Shown here one piece after another: positions 10,268 through 20,727 of a DNA stretch of 64,000 nucleotides; the first letter of the stretch is position 1, and every line of letters starts with the position of its first letter. The position numbers and the translations under genes are program-made. Below the pieces are notes generated by a model. That model made no database searches and was not told the DNA's origin. It worked only from the letters and a program-made list of their open reading frames with translations. The stretch is taken from positions 128,001-192,000 of IMG/VR virus record IMGVR_UViG_3300011008_000016; one strand, given 5' to 3'. This DNA is from a virus. Lineage: Duplodnaviria > Caudoviricetes.

Positions 10268-10846
10268 TTAATTTTCAGATTTATCTGACTGTTCATCTTC
10301 TGACATTTTCTTATTAAACTCATCAATCAGAAGTTTACTCGCTTCTTTCATAAGTTCGCTTGCTTCTGTTGAACTTGACATAGCAAACGGAATTTCTCCA
10401 GCCTTTGGACCACGAGGAATAACAACTGCCCCATCCTGCTTTGACTGAACATTCTTTTCTTTATTCATAATCTGAAGTTTTGCCGTTTTATCATATATAA
10501 TGAAACCGTCTATTTTCACCTGGCTGATACCCTGTATCATAGATACGGCAATATTATCAATAACCCCCATATAATTTGAAGCTAATTTCACCAAACTAAT
10601 CAGACGAATGGTTCCAACATAATCCCCGTTAAAGCTTTTAGATATCTTTGTAATCTTACCAATGGTATTTTCCATAGTAGCTACAAATGGAACTCCCGGT
10701 CTGTGTAGATACTGATATACGACGGGAATATCAACTTTGTCGTGTTTTATAGCTTCATTTAAAGCTCGTACAATATGGGGATTCATATGTTTTATCTGAG
10801 TGGCTGTTCGAATTATCACAGGTGCATCTGCTGTCTTCTTTTTCAT
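10268..10846 (-). CDS. hypothetical protein
   Basis: ATGA overlap with upstream gene; AAAGGAGGT RBS. Confidence 0.75.
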   Translation of the reverse strand: MKKKTADAPVIIRTATQIKHMNPHIVRALNEAIKHDKVDIPVVYQYLHRPGVPFVATMENTIGKITKISKSFNGDYVGTIRLISLVKLASNYMGVIDNIAVSMIQGISQVKIDGFIIYDKTAKLQIMNKEKNVQSKQDGAVVIPRGPKAGEIPFAMSSSTEASELMKEASKLLIDEFNKKMSEDEQSDKSEN

Positions 10847-11595
10847 CGATTCCCTTTACCTCCTTTTTTAATTGTTGATATGAGAAGATTGCTTGGTGTA
10901 ATTAAGTCTGTACTTAATCCGGCTGTCATATAATATGTATCAACTGTCTCCAAAGCTAAACGGTCTTCAATACCAGCCTGTTCTTCTATATCTTCTAATG
11001 AGCAGGACCCCGTTTTTGCAATTTGAGCATATGCATAATTCTTTCTTTGTAACCCATCTGCACGGAATCCATTAATTTCTCTAAGAATATTATCTGCACC
11101 AATAACCTTCAATGCGATATTCTCTTGATCAGATGAACGTCCATTCTTATCATGTCCAACGACCTGACCAGTTGTCGCTGATCGTTCATCAATATGGGTT
11201 GATGTACTATTTTTCTTGGAATTCGTCTGCTCCATACGCTTCTCAATATGATAACCCGTGATACATTTTTCCTTAGTGACCATAGGCTCTTCTTGAGACA
11301 TCGTAACATGAGGCAGAATCACATATTCTTCCAGAGGAATTTGAAGTACATCAGCCGCAGCTTCGATTTGTTCGATTGTAACCTCTCTCTCGAACTCCTT
11401 GATTTCTAACGTAAAGTTAATATTATTGTCATCAAACATACATTTCATGAAGTTTGAAAATTTTGTATCAGACATAGAACCGAACATCTTGCGATACCTA
11501 TTGGAATTTGTTTTGGAAGGGTCCATTTTATCCATCACAGCATATACAAGATTCTCTGCTTGTTTCCGGTTCTTTATGTTAATCTTATATTGCAT
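10843..11595 (-). CDS. rpoB: RNA polymerase beta extreme C-terminal piece (probably virion RNAP beta-C)
   Basis: GYHIEKRMEQ...RSATTGQVVG.DKNGRSSDQE.IAL..IGA..IL.E....RAD...Y..I..G aligns with RpoB GYMYMLKL...YSLVTQQPLGG..GQRFGEMEVWAL..YGA..L.E....KSDD; late-type promoter upstream. Confidence 0.8.
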   Translation of the reverse strand: MQYKINIKNRKQAENLVYAVMDKMDPSKTNSNRYRKMFGSMSDTKFSNFMKCMFDDNNINFTLEIKEFEREVTIEQIEAAADVLQIPLEEYVILPHVTMSQEEPMVTKEKCITGYHIEKRMEQTNSKKNSTSTHIDERSATTGQVVGHDKNGRSSDQENIALKVIGADNILREINGFRADGLQRKNYAYAQIAKTGSCSLEDIEEQAGIEDRLALETVDTYYMTAGLSTDLITPSNLLISTIKKGGKGNR

Positions 11596-11632
11596 AAGCT
11601 ATCTCTCCTTTCACCAAGGGTTGGTATTTTCA

Positions 11633-11908
11633 TTATACCCTTGTGCCTTGGTGATAAAATAGATAGCATCTCTCGATTTCTTTTTTATCCTTTGCACCGA
11701 TAGTAAAGTTCTTCGATACCATCATCCCATGTTTATCTTCCATAACAGTAACTAAACCTGTTCTGTCATCAATATCTTCATAATCAATTTCTACGGTATC
11801 ATTATTTCTATAATACCAATCAACCATATCACAAAAAATAATGCTTCGACTCAAATCAAGTCGAAGCGGGGCAACTTTTCTGGTTGCCCCAACTTCAACT
11901 CCTGTCAT
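11633..11908 (-). CDS. hypothetical protein
   Basis: 91-aa ORF in operon. Confidence 0.65.
   Translation of the reverse strand: MTGVEVGATRKVAPLRLDLSRSIIFCDMVDWYYRNNDTVEIDYEDIDDRTGLVTVMEDKHGMMVSKNFTIGAKDKKEIERCYLFYHQGTRV
11634..11645 (-). promoter_or_regulatory. late-type promoter CACA-N6-TA (representative of 17 copies)
   Basis: CACAAGGGTATA on the minus strand just upstream of the RBS of 11595; resembles the AR9 nvRNAP consensus AACA-N6-TA. Confidence 0.7.
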
Positions 11909-11926
11909 AACATCTTACCCCCGCAC

Positions 11927-12352
11927 TTACTTAACGTAATACTCAAAAAGCATAGAAAGATTTGGTTCCATGATAGAAGTCTTGTTTGTCTCACTCTCAT
12001 TCAGAACCAAAACATTGTACGGACTTCTCTTCATTAAAGCCCCGTCAATAATGACACCCCACTTCAATTTCCCAGCATAGTTCTTGAGCTGATTTATCAC
12101 CTTATTATCCAAATCCTTTAAATCCGATTTGAATATAAAGAATGATCTCATCTTCCACTGGAAATGAATATCTGCTGGGGTATCGCACTTGAGTTGTTCC
12201 TTTGCAAACCGAGTCATGTGCTTGACCAATTTCTCATGGTCTCCCTCCGTAGTGTCAGAAAACCCGATAATAAGACCTAACTTATCGCTCGTAACGACAA
12301 GTCCTGTCTGATTTGCAGCAGTTTTCTTATGTCTTTCGATTGTCAGTTCCAT
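11927..12352 (-). CDS. hypothetical protein
   Basis: AAAGGAG RBS; TATATTA at 12391-12397. Confidence 0.75.
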   Translation of the reverse strand: MELTIERHKKTAANQTGLVVTSDKLGLIIGFSDTTEGDHEKLVKHMTRFAKEQLKCDTPADIHFQWKMRSFFIFKSDLKDLDNKVINQLKNYAGKLKWGVIIDGALMKRSPYNVLVLNESETNKTSIMEPNLSMLFEYYVK

Positions 12353-12468
12353 TGCAAAAGTCTCCTTTCTCTGTATAGTATGTACAGAAATAATATAGGT
12401 TTAAATTAAACCTTAAAAACATAAATCGACATAGATGATATAAAACCACCTATGTCGATAGTGTTCCA

Positions 12469-13812
12469 TTAAGCCAGTTTCTCTATTGTAAAAATAAAGA
12501 ACACAAAGATTGCCTTTCGGTAGTTTCCTAACGATCCGACTGTACTGACTTTCTTCCTCAAATCTAAATCCACTACCCACTTGTCAAGAAGTTTCTTTAT
12601 CTCGATAATGTTCTTATTATTTGTATTTGACTGCCGATACAACTTAATGCAGTAAACATAGAATTTATCTGTGGAAACTGTTTTCACCGAAGCATCAGGG
12701 TCTGGATTATCGGTTAAGTATAAAGACAATAGCCTTTCTACCATCTGTTTAATTTCTTCCCTGTTATCTTCTGATATTAGTGTTAATACCGCTGTTTGTA
12801 ATGTATTTGTCGAAACATCACTATTTCTTGCAGCAATTTCCATTAGTCGTCTGTCAGGACCGTTTACTACAAGGTTTGTCAATACCTTATTTGTAATTCT
12901 GTCGATTGCAAAGCTATCATTATCCGCCTCATAATAATGCTCATCAGAATAATCATCTCTTTCAGATTGAAGATAATTATCATTCTTGATGTTCTCCTCA
13001 AACTCATTACGAAGCTTTTTCATAAAACTATTGATACGAGAAGTTGCATCATTAATAAACTTCAATATATCAACATCAGATCCTTTTGCAATCCTTGTTT
13101 TATGCGTATTATAACAAGTTTGCATAATATCCATAATAGCTGCAAGAATTGTACCGGATTTCTTGAGCTTAAATCTTTGAGACAGATTCGCTACAGTATA
13201 TGCCATAACAGATTCGTTTGGTGGATACTTATAGTATTTACCAAACATGAACTGATAAATGTTTGTTACCATATAAAGAAGACCGTTATTTAAGCCTTCA
13301 TCATTCTTTATTTTTGCAAAATATCGAATTGATAAAACAATAGCTATATTGTATGGCGTATTAAAGTTTGACCAACTCGATGCCGTAATTGAGCCATCCC
13401 TATTTGTTTTCCACCCAGGATTGTTTCCCTCTATACTTGATAATGTATCTCTAATCAATGGCTCCGTTAGACCAACACATTGAACAAAATTTGTCACATC
13501 TGTTTGTGCTCGAACAGGTTTTGTAGACGGACCAATTGTAGAATAACTTGCTATGTTCTTTGCCATATATTGGTCTATGATATCCTTATATGTCTTTAGA
13601 TTTCCTTTATCTGATAAAGCTTTTTCTACTAAAGGATACAACTTTGTCCTAAGAACGGCAGAATCTCCTTTAATAGTAGCTTCCATTACATCTTCTAATG
13701 TTTCTACATTTATATCTGATGTCTCTACTAATGTATTCATTTGCTCACAAATAGTAGATATTGGTGACGATTTATAATCGTTAAGTATACTTTCAAGAGT
13801 TATCTCATCCAT
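12469..13812 (-). CDS. hypothetical protein, possibly virion/head (start corrected from 13854)
   Basis: AAGGAGGT RBS before ATG 13812; late-type promoter 13836-13847. Confidence 0.75.
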   Translation of the reverse strand: MDEITLESILNDYKSSPISTICEQMNTLVETSDINVETLEDVMEATIKGDSAVLRTKLYPLVEKALSDKGNLKTYKDIIDQYMAKNIASYSTIGPSTKPVRAQTDVTNFVQCVGLTEPLIRDTLSSIEGNNPGWKTNRDGSITASSWSNFNTPYNIAIVLSIRYFAKIKNDEGLNNGLLYMVTNIYQFMFGKYYKYPPNESVMAYTVANLSQRFKLKKSGTILAAIMDIMQTCYNTHKTRIAKGSDVDILKFINDATSRINSFMKKLRNEFEENIKNDNYLQSERDDYSDEHYYEADNDSFAIDRITNKVLTNLVVNGPDRRLMEIAARNSDVSTNTLQTAVLTLISEDNREEIKQMVERLLSLYLTDNPDPDASVKTVSTDKFYVYCIKLYRQSNTNNKNIIEIKKLLDKWVVDLDLRKKVSTVGSLGNYRKAIFVFFIFTIEKLA

Positions 13813-13977
13813 TTGTTTTACCTCCTTTCCTTGATTATAGCCTTGTGCAAACAAGAGACGGAAGGTACCAAAAATATGGAACCTTCCTTAATTACACCCT
13901 AAAAAGACTAACTAACAAAATTTCAATAATCATACGTCATCATCAACGATTGGCTTATCATTATTGAAGTTCTCCAA

Positions 13978-14217
13978 TTAATCTCTATTTCCTAAATCAT
14001 TATCTATGACGACTTTAATGCCGTCAGGATACAATTTCTGAATGTCATTCGCTAAGATGTTTGAATGCTTTGTGAGCAATTTTGCCCAACTACCATAAGC
14101 CTGATTTACCACGGAGGCACGTAGATGTGCCTCCGACCTCTTCCCTCGCGCATTGTTGATTCTAATCTGTTGTTCAACATTGCGACGTGTTGAATCTTTC
14201 ATTTTATCATTTACCAT
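13978..14217 (-). CDS. small hypothetical protein
   Basis: Overlaps the gyrA stop; 79 aa. Confidence 0.55.
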   Translation of the reverse strand: MVNDKMKDSTRRNVEQQIRINNARGKRSEAHLRASVVNQAYGSWAKLLTKHSNILANDIQKLYPDGIKVVIDNDLGNRD

Positions 14218-16666
14218 CCTTCACGCGAATTCTAATGATAGAATCACCACGTCGGACTGGTGCAACTTTAGCACATTTAGCATGTCTTGAAAGCACCTTA
14301 ATACTTGACACTTCCACATCCGTCTTATCACCAGACTGCATTTGGAAAGTCAATGTAGATTGGTAAAGTTTATCTGTCATAGGAATGACTTTGAAAACTT
14401 CATCGCCATCATTTAAACGAGTCAGTTCTAACATAGCTTGCCGTTTCTTAGTTGCATTGAATGCAGAATCGAGTTCTACAATCTTTGCAAATCCCTTCTT
14501 CGTAATAATACATACTTCATGTATACCACGATTCACACAAGCGTTCTGAACCTCATCTCCGTCCGCAAGTGCCATTACACGCTGTCCTTTGGTGTTTCTA
14601 CCTGTGGATGGAGTCATTGATAATCTTAAAATGATACCGAATCCGGCTTTTGTATAGATAAGCCGTTCGTTATCACTGTCACTAAGAACTCCCATAAAGC
14701 AAACTTCATCCCCCTCATTTAAGGAGATTGCTCCGATACGAGTACGTGTTATCACGAAATCAGATAACGGAGTTGCTTTGATTAGTCCTCTCTTAGTAAA
14801 GCAATAAAGCCGATATTTTTGCGGATTATCTTTGATACTCTGAATTGAAGTTTTAATCGCTGTAATCGCTGTACCGGTCATACCTAAAAGTTCCTGTAAT
14901 TCCATTCCCTTAGCCGATGGATCAGATGCAGGGATTTTATCAATTGGTACATAACACCACTCTCCGAGGTTACTCCCAATATGAATATAATCTACCGAAG
15001 TAATGTCATGGAAATAAGCAATTACGTCATCATCAGGTTCTAAGAATCCGATACCAACTCCATTCGGAGGAAGACGTTTAATATACTTCTTTGTAACAGC
15101 TACCCGATAGTGGAATACAGGAGTCTCTGTATCTTCCGGTTTAATAATGCGACAGCATCTCGGTTTTCCGAATAATTTCTTGCCTTCTTCCAATTCATCC
15201 CAGATTACTTTCTTAATCCGTTTCGTGGATGAAAGGATATTTTCCTTTTCCTTAATACGATCATCGATTTCCGCATAGGCTTTCTGATATTCAGCAATAC
15301 TGCCTTTCTTCTGAGATTTCATTCTCATATTTGCGATGAGGTTTGCCTGATAGGATGAAAATCCAAACTTAGATGTAAGATTATCAATGATTTCGTCATC
15401 CGTTTCAGATGTCTTAATCACGTTGAAGACTTCATCGATTAACTCTTGGTTACCCAGTCTAACCAAAGCTTCTAACCGATGCTTCTCTTCTCTGATTTTC
15501 AGTAACTCTTTTGCGATTGTCCGGTGTTTGATATCCACCCGCCAATCGATCCAGGTTATTATAGCATCTTTCAGTGGTACTGCTCCACTGTCGGACATCA
15601 TCCGAGTACGGTCTGCATAATTCAATAATATCTGAGCATATGATTTTAACCCGATATTTTTATCGTTATACAACTGATCAATAACATACGTTGGATCGAC
15701 TCCTTTCTTTAGGAGAATCCAAAATTCTGTTGTTTCCAGATTACTCTTATCGGATATGTCCTTGATTCCCAGTGGATTGGTCTTTTCACGCGCTCCTATA
15801 GCACGGATAATCCCATCCATAGTAGTTTTCTCCGGGAACCCATTACATAAAATGTAATTGCCTTCTTGATGATAGACTAATTTCGCTCTTATTCGTACTG
15901 TACCGGAACCAGTCGCACATACATCTCGTATAATTCCATCATCAATAATGTCATAACCCCTTGGACTATCTGGAAACAGATAAACATTCTCCATGTCCGG
16001 ATTTTCCAAAAGTGCCTGAGTAAGTTCAAACGCTTCAATCAAGTTAAACGGAACTTTGACAAACGCATTTCCCCAAGCAATTCCCGTTGTAGGATTCAAT
16101 AAGAAGTTTGGATACCTTGCCGGTAATACAACCGGTTCCACATCACTTCTCAAGTAGTTTTGAGTCATATCAATGACCGATGCATCGAATTCCTCAAAGA
16201 AACATTTCCAAGCATATTGACTTAACCTTGCATCCAGATAACGAGGAGCGGCTGCATCATCGCCTGCAACAGAACCTTCATTTCCATCCATATCTATATA
16301 GAGTGCGGTGTTCTCCCAAGTCTTTGTTACGTTCTCAAAAGCCGTAGCAATACTCTGGTCACCGTGAGGGTGATATTTGGTCGTTGCCGGTAAAAATTCC
16401 AAAGCCTTCTGATACCTTTTATCCGGGTACAATTTCTTATCATGATACATAAACCAAAGAGTACGACGGACTACGTTAATAAGTCCATCATATATCGTTG
16501 GTAACCCTCTCGCTACGGAGACATTTGCTCCATAGCGAGTAATACGTTCAATCGTGTATTCACCAGCATCAATGTCCTCGATGTTCTGGTCATACATCTC
16601 TTGAGTTTCAACAACTTTAGCGGTATTCTTCTTTTTAGAAGATTTCTTTTTGACTGCCAAAGTCAA
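14207..16666 (-). CDS. gyrA: type IIA topoisomerase subunit A (GyrA/ParC-like)
   Basis: DGL..V.RR, KYHPHGDQSI, GNEGS...AAAPRY catalytic Tyr, P.LP..PN.LLN, C-terminal beta-pinwheel repeats. Confidence 0.95.
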   Translation of the reverse strand: MTLAVKKKSSKKKNTAKVVETQEMYDQNIEDIDAGEYTIERITRYGANVSVARGLPTIYDGLINVVRRTLWFMYHDKKLYPDKRYQKALEFLPATTKYHPHGDQSIATAFENVTKTWENTALYIDMDGNEGSVAGDDAAAPRYLDARLSQYAWKCFFEEFDASVIDMTQNYLRSDVEPVVLPARYPNFLLNPTTGIAWGNAFVKVPFNLIEAFELTQALLENPDMENVYLFPDSPRGYDIIDDGIIRDVCATGSGTVRIRAKLVYHQEGNYILCNGFPEKTTMDGIIRAIGAREKTNPLGIKDISDKSNLETTEFWILLKKGVDPTYVIDQLYNDKNIGLKSYAQILLNYADRTRMMSDSGAVPLKDAIITWIDWRVDIKHRTIAKELLKIREEKHRLEALVRLGNQELIDEVFNVIKTSETDDEIIDNLTSKFGFSSYQANLIANMRMKSQKKGSIAEYQKAYAEIDDRIKEKENILSSTKRIKKVIWDELEEGKKLFGKPRCCRIIKPEDTETPVFHYRVAVTKKYIKRLPPNGVGIGFLEPDDDVIAYFHDITSVDYIHIGSNLGEWCYVPIDKIPASDPSAKGMELQELLGMTGTAITAIKTSIQSIKDNPQKYRLYCFTKRGLIKATPLSDFVITRTRIGAISLNEGDEVCFMGVLSDSDNERLIYTKAGFGIILRLSMTPSTGRNTKGQRVMALADGDEVQNACVNRGIHEVCIITKKGFAKIVELDSAFNATKKRQAMLELTRLNDGDEVFKVIPMTDKLYQSTLTFQMQSGDKTDVEVSSIKVLSRHAKCAKVAPVRRGDSIIRIRVKDGK

Positions 16667-17028
16667 TCACCTCCTCGCATATTATTCTGTAGTATTACCA
16701 TCAGAGCAATCAAATCATCATCTGTATAACTACCCACTGAATAATCAACTGAATAATCATCAGAATCTTCGTCTTCAAAACTTAATGATATCGTCTTCGA
16801 GTGAACCGTTTCTTCATCATTACGTTCATTGACTATAAATATTCCAATCATATATACTACTGTAATAAAGGCTGTTACAATTACTTTCAAAGCAACATAT
16901 GATGTTGGAATCACAACCTGTGTTATAATAAAACTTATTATAAAAGCTACAGTGATGATTACCGTCAATGTAATTTTATGAATACGTTTCCTCATAGGCA
17001 TTATCCCTCTTTTAGTTATCAATGTCAT
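16663..17028 (-). CDS. small membrane protein (2 TM helices, acidic tail) between gyrB and gyrA
   Basis: Two hydrophobic stretches; stop overlaps the gyrA TTG start; its 3' end supplies the gyrA RBS. Confidence 0.7.
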   Translation of the reverse strand: MTLITKRGIMPMRKRIHKITLTVIITVAFIISFIITQVVIPTSYVALKVIVTAFITVVYMIGIFIVNERNDEETVHSKTISLSFEDEDSDDYSVDYSVGSYTDDDLIALMVILQNNMRGGD

Positions 17029-19531
17029 CCAGTGTAAAGTTGGCAGTTTGAACCATCTGTTTCCTGATTTTGGTCTCTTTCTTATTCTTTACGAAGAGAT
17101 TATTGAGTGTATTAGTAAACCGCTCTACATCTGCAACAGTATATCTTGCCAACCTACGGTAGTTTGGATTCATAGCAAACTTCCACATTTCATACTTGGA
17201 CATTTCGCCCCATCCTTTATACCGCCCTACGATATATGGAGAATATTTCTGACAAGTTTCCATAATCTGTCCGATAGTCATCCTATCAACATGACTAAAC
17301 TCTGAATTTTCTCCACGTCTATCATAGAATTCAAACTGGTATATACCATCGTTTGATTTATTGATAACTTCTCGTAAGAAGTTAATTGTTTCCATCATAG
17401 ATTTACTAAGGGATACTGATACAAAATCTCCTCTAAAGCAACCATAGATCATACCATCATTGAAATTCAACTCATGGTCTAACTCTTTAATATGTTTCTC
17501 AAAGTTAGGTGTAGCTGCAATGAACTCAAGGATTTCTTTCGGAACCGTCTCAAAGTTAGATACGGAATCCAATACTTCATAATACCGACGATTTGCCAAC
17601 AGAAAGCGCTTCATATTATCATTGGATATAAAATCGTCTCCTTCACTGAATTTAATCCTTGAGTATTTCACACAGTTATTTTCAAACCTATCATAGAGTT
17701 CTGCTTTTGACCAAAGATAATTCTTTTCATCAATGTCAGTTTTACTCATCTTATTTGCAGCCGCTTGAGACTCTGCTACCTTATAAAGAGGAGTGATAAC
17801 CCTGTAACAATGACCGTGTAAAATCAAATCAGAGGCTGCCCCATAAATTGACGACAATGTCAACCCTGACATATGGTCACCATCAACATCGGCATCAAAA
17901 CCAAATATAATCTTATCGTATATAAGATTTTCCTCATTGAAGTGACCGCCATAACCACAACCAAGTACATTATCCAGCAAAATAGCATATACGTTAGTTG
18001 GCTTTAATGTCCTTGATTTACTGACAGCGAATTCATGCCAAAAGTTATCGGGTTTACCTGTAAAATTAAGAATCCCTTGATAATCTGGATTGAATCTTGC
18101 CTTACGAGCTTGACCTCCAGCAGAATCCCCTTCTACCAAGTAAAGTTCCAATTTAACCTTCAGGTTTTCTTTTGGAGTGCCAATCAAGTTCGCTGCAACA
18201 TAATTCCCGATGAGTTTTGAATCCATTAATGACGGAAGAGAAGTCTTTACTTTCTTCCTCTTATTTGCTGCGTCAGTTCGTATCCTTGCATTTAACTTAA
18301 TGAACTCAATGATTTTCGTTAAGTTTTTCTTTCCGTCGGGAGTTTCAAAGTATGCACTAATGGACTCCGTATACATTTTCTTGAGTGGCTCAGTAAACTT
18401 TCTATTACCAAGTTTATGCTTGGTCTGAGACTCAAACCCTGTACTCATCGTTGTATTGAAATTGATAACTGCCGCCAATCCCATCAAAGCATCAGAAGCT
18501 TCCAATTTCAAATTGTCATTCTTCCTTTGAGAATCTTCTGCGGCACTTAGTAAATACGTTGATAAAGCAGTCTTTAATGCGTTGACATGAGTACCGCCAT
18601 CAATTTGCTCAATCATATTGGTAAATCCATATACGGCTGAGTCAGTAATCTTTGGTGAATAATTAAACGCGAATTCGACGGATAATTCTCTATCCATCTC
18701 AATTAAGTCAATAGTTACAGTTCCATCTTCCTGCTCTGTCTTAACAGGAATATTGGTTTCCTTTAGTTCCATCCGATTACTTAAAACAATAGGTTTCCTC
18801 ATAAGGTATCCAATATCATTTCCAATAATCTCCGGTATAAATCCACCGACGTTTCCTTCCTTATTCTGGTATACCTTATTTAAGATTTCTTTCCCATCCG
18901 AATCCGTTGCCTTTAATGTAATCTTGATGGTCGGTTCTAATGTAAATACAGTTCTTCGAAGCCATTCTGCAAATGTGTCAAGGGGCACATAAGCATCTTC
19001 CCCTAAGAAAGCAGTAGAAGGCTTAAAACCAACACGAAGTCCGTGTATACTTGGGTCCGCTGTTCCCATTCTATCTTCAACTTTTCTACCATTCTCAAAC
19101 CGTAGAAAACGTGATTGTCCTTCTCTTGTAGAGGTAATCTCAAACCTCTCTGATAATGCGTTAGTTGCTGTAAGACCAACGCCGTATTCACCACCAGATG
19201 CTCCACCTGAAGCTCTGTCCATTTTTGTACCAGACTGTAATACGGTACATGCATTTTCCAATTCATTGAACGGAATACCACGACCAGTATCCGTAAAGTA
19301 AGTCATACCCGTTTCGCCATCTGAGAATATCATCATATTCCCATCGGATAAGGTACGTTCATTCCGATGTTCGTCTACCATATTATTAACCATCTCATGT
19401 GCCAACTGTTCTGAACCCGCTGGTCCACGAAATGAAATGTAGAGGGTAGGCGATTTCTGAAGTTTATCGATGTCATTTTTCAACGTTGTGAATTCATCAT
19501 CCACAATCATTGACTTCTTTTTAGTCGCCAA
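17012..19531 (-). CDS. gyrB: type IIA topoisomerase subunit B (GyrB/ParE-like)
   Basis: GHKL motifs EMVNN.VDE, DTGRGIP, GGEYGVG, GGTH; TOPRIM EGDSAGG, DADVDG; RYKGWGEM. Confidence 0.95.
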   Translation of the reverse strand: MATKKKSMIVDDEFTTLKNDIDKLQKSPTLYISFRGPAGSEQLAHEMVNNMVDEHRNERTLSDGNMMIFSDGETGMTYFTDTGRGIPFNELENACTVLQSGTKMDRASGGASGGEYGVGLTATNALSERFEITSTREGQSRFLRFENGRKVEDRMGTADPSIHGLRVGFKPSTAFLGEDAYVPLDTFAEWLRRTVFTLEPTIKITLKATDSDGKEILNKVYQNKEGNVGGFIPEIIGNDIGYLMRKPIVLSNRMELKETNIPVKTEQEDGTVTIDLIEMDRELSVEFAFNYSPKITDSAVYGFTNMIEQIDGGTHVNALKTALSTYLLSAAEDSQRKNDNLKLEASDALMGLAAVINFNTTMSTGFESQTKHKLGNRKFTEPLKKMYTESISAYFETPDGKKNLTKIIEFIKLNARIRTDAANKRKKVKTSLPSLMDSKLIGNYVAANLIGTPKENLKVKLELYLVEGDSAGGQARKARFNPDYQGILNFTGKPDNFWHEFAVSKSRTLKPTNVYAILLDNVLGCGYGGHFNEENLIYDKIIFGFDADVDGDHMSGLTLSSIYGAASDLILHGHCYRVITPLYKVAESQAAANKMSKTDIDEKNYLWSKAELYDRFENNCVKYSRIKFSEGDDFISNDNMKRFLLANRRYYEVLDSVSNFETVPKEILEFIAATPNFEKHIKELDHELNFNDGMIYGCFRGDFVSVSLSKSMMETINFLREVINKSNDGIYQFEFYDRRGENSEFSHVDRMTIGQIMETCQKYSPYIVGRYKGWGEMSKYEMWKFAMNPNYRRLARYTVADVERFTNTLNNLFVKNKKETKIRKQMVQTANFTLDDIDN

Positions 19532-19665
19532 TTTATTTACCTCCTTATAGTGATTGGTTAATTATTTTAGATAAAAAATAAAAACCATAAAGTATGGATG
19601 GCGGTCGTAAAACCGCCACCCAACTTTATGTTTGAATCTTTCACCCGGGTCGAAGATTCATCTAA

Positions 19666-20178
19666 TCAATAACTCTTGTTACCCATCATGGATGAATCCA
19701 GACCGATGTGACCTTTACTCCGGCCTTTCTTTCCGCCGTTGTTCTTGTTTCCACCTGCAAGCTTATCCACCATATTGTTATAATAATCGGACACCGTAGA
19801 CAGCTCCCCAATCGCATTGAAAGCACTCTCGATATTTGCCTTGTCCTCATCGGTGAGACTCGCCAGCATCTTAATCTGATGCAACATTGAATTGAACATG
19901 TAGATGCCAGAGTTCAGCTCTTCCGGCTGGAACGATTCCGACTCGAAGATTGCCCCGCATCTGGTGCAGTATGCCGTAGACTCAGAGTATTTATCCTTAT
20001 TCTGGATGAAGCCGTTAAAAGAGTGAATATTAATCACTTTGCCACGACCATTCCCCGGCTTATGATCGCATTTGCGGATAAACCTCTCCCTCGTCTGCAT
20101 TGCCTGATTCTGGAGATTCCGGTACTCCTGTTCAAAGTTCTGGTCATCATTGTGGTTGTTTCTTGTCATTTGAGACAT
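19666..20178 (-). CDS. hypothetical protein with putative Zn ligands (CDH...CTRC) and G/K/N-rich tail
   Basis: AAAGGAGGT RBS; 170 aa. Confidence 0.75.
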   Translation of the reverse strand: MSQMTRNNHNDDQNFEQEYRNLQNQAMQTRERFIRKCDHKPGNGRGKVINIHSFNGFIQNKDKYSESTAYCTRCGAIFESESFQPEELNSGIYMFNSMLHQIKMLASLTDEDKANIESAFNAIGELSTVSDYYNNMVDKLAGGNKNNGGKKGRSKGHIGLDSSMMGNKSY

Positions 20179-20400
20179 AAACTTGTACCTCCTTTAAAAA
20201 GATTTCGATAAGTGTTTAGTTGTTTCCGGAAACAACTAAACCAGATTAAATAAGTATGGCATCAAACTTATCAATCTGATTTACTTCTCTGTATATCAAA
20301 TATTGTAAATCTATAAGTTTCAACGCTTCTACTTATCCTCTCCAGTTCAACCGTTTAATATAGCTTTAAAATGACTATTAATTATTTTGGTTCCCTGGAT

Positions 20401-20727
20401 TTACATCATATCACGAATCGAGTGTGCATCAGCATCACTAACATCACCCATAACAACAGACTGAAGATGGTCTAATGGATGATAGTTACATACTTCGATA
20501 TCGTAATCAAATGTTTTCCTGCTACGGAATTTTACTTTTTCTTTATAGCAATAGACAGGACCCATTTTTACAAAATCAGATTCTTTACAAGGTTCTTTTA
20601 ATGCAGGATCGTTTACCCAAAGTTGTGCATTATCAAATACCAACAGGGCGATATTATCCCAACCACCACCATCGTTTACAATGGCTTTTAAGGTATCAAA
20701 ATCCATAGTTATCCTCCTATTCTCCAA
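20401..20727 (-). CDS. hypothetical protein
   Basis: 108-aa ORF coupled to upstream gene. Confidence 0.65.
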   Translation of the reverse strand: MENRRITMDFDTLKAIVNDGGGWDNIALLVFDNAQLWVNDPALKEPCKESDFVKMGPVYCYKEKVKFRSRKTFDYDIEVCNYHPLDHLQSVVMGDVSDADAHSIRDMM

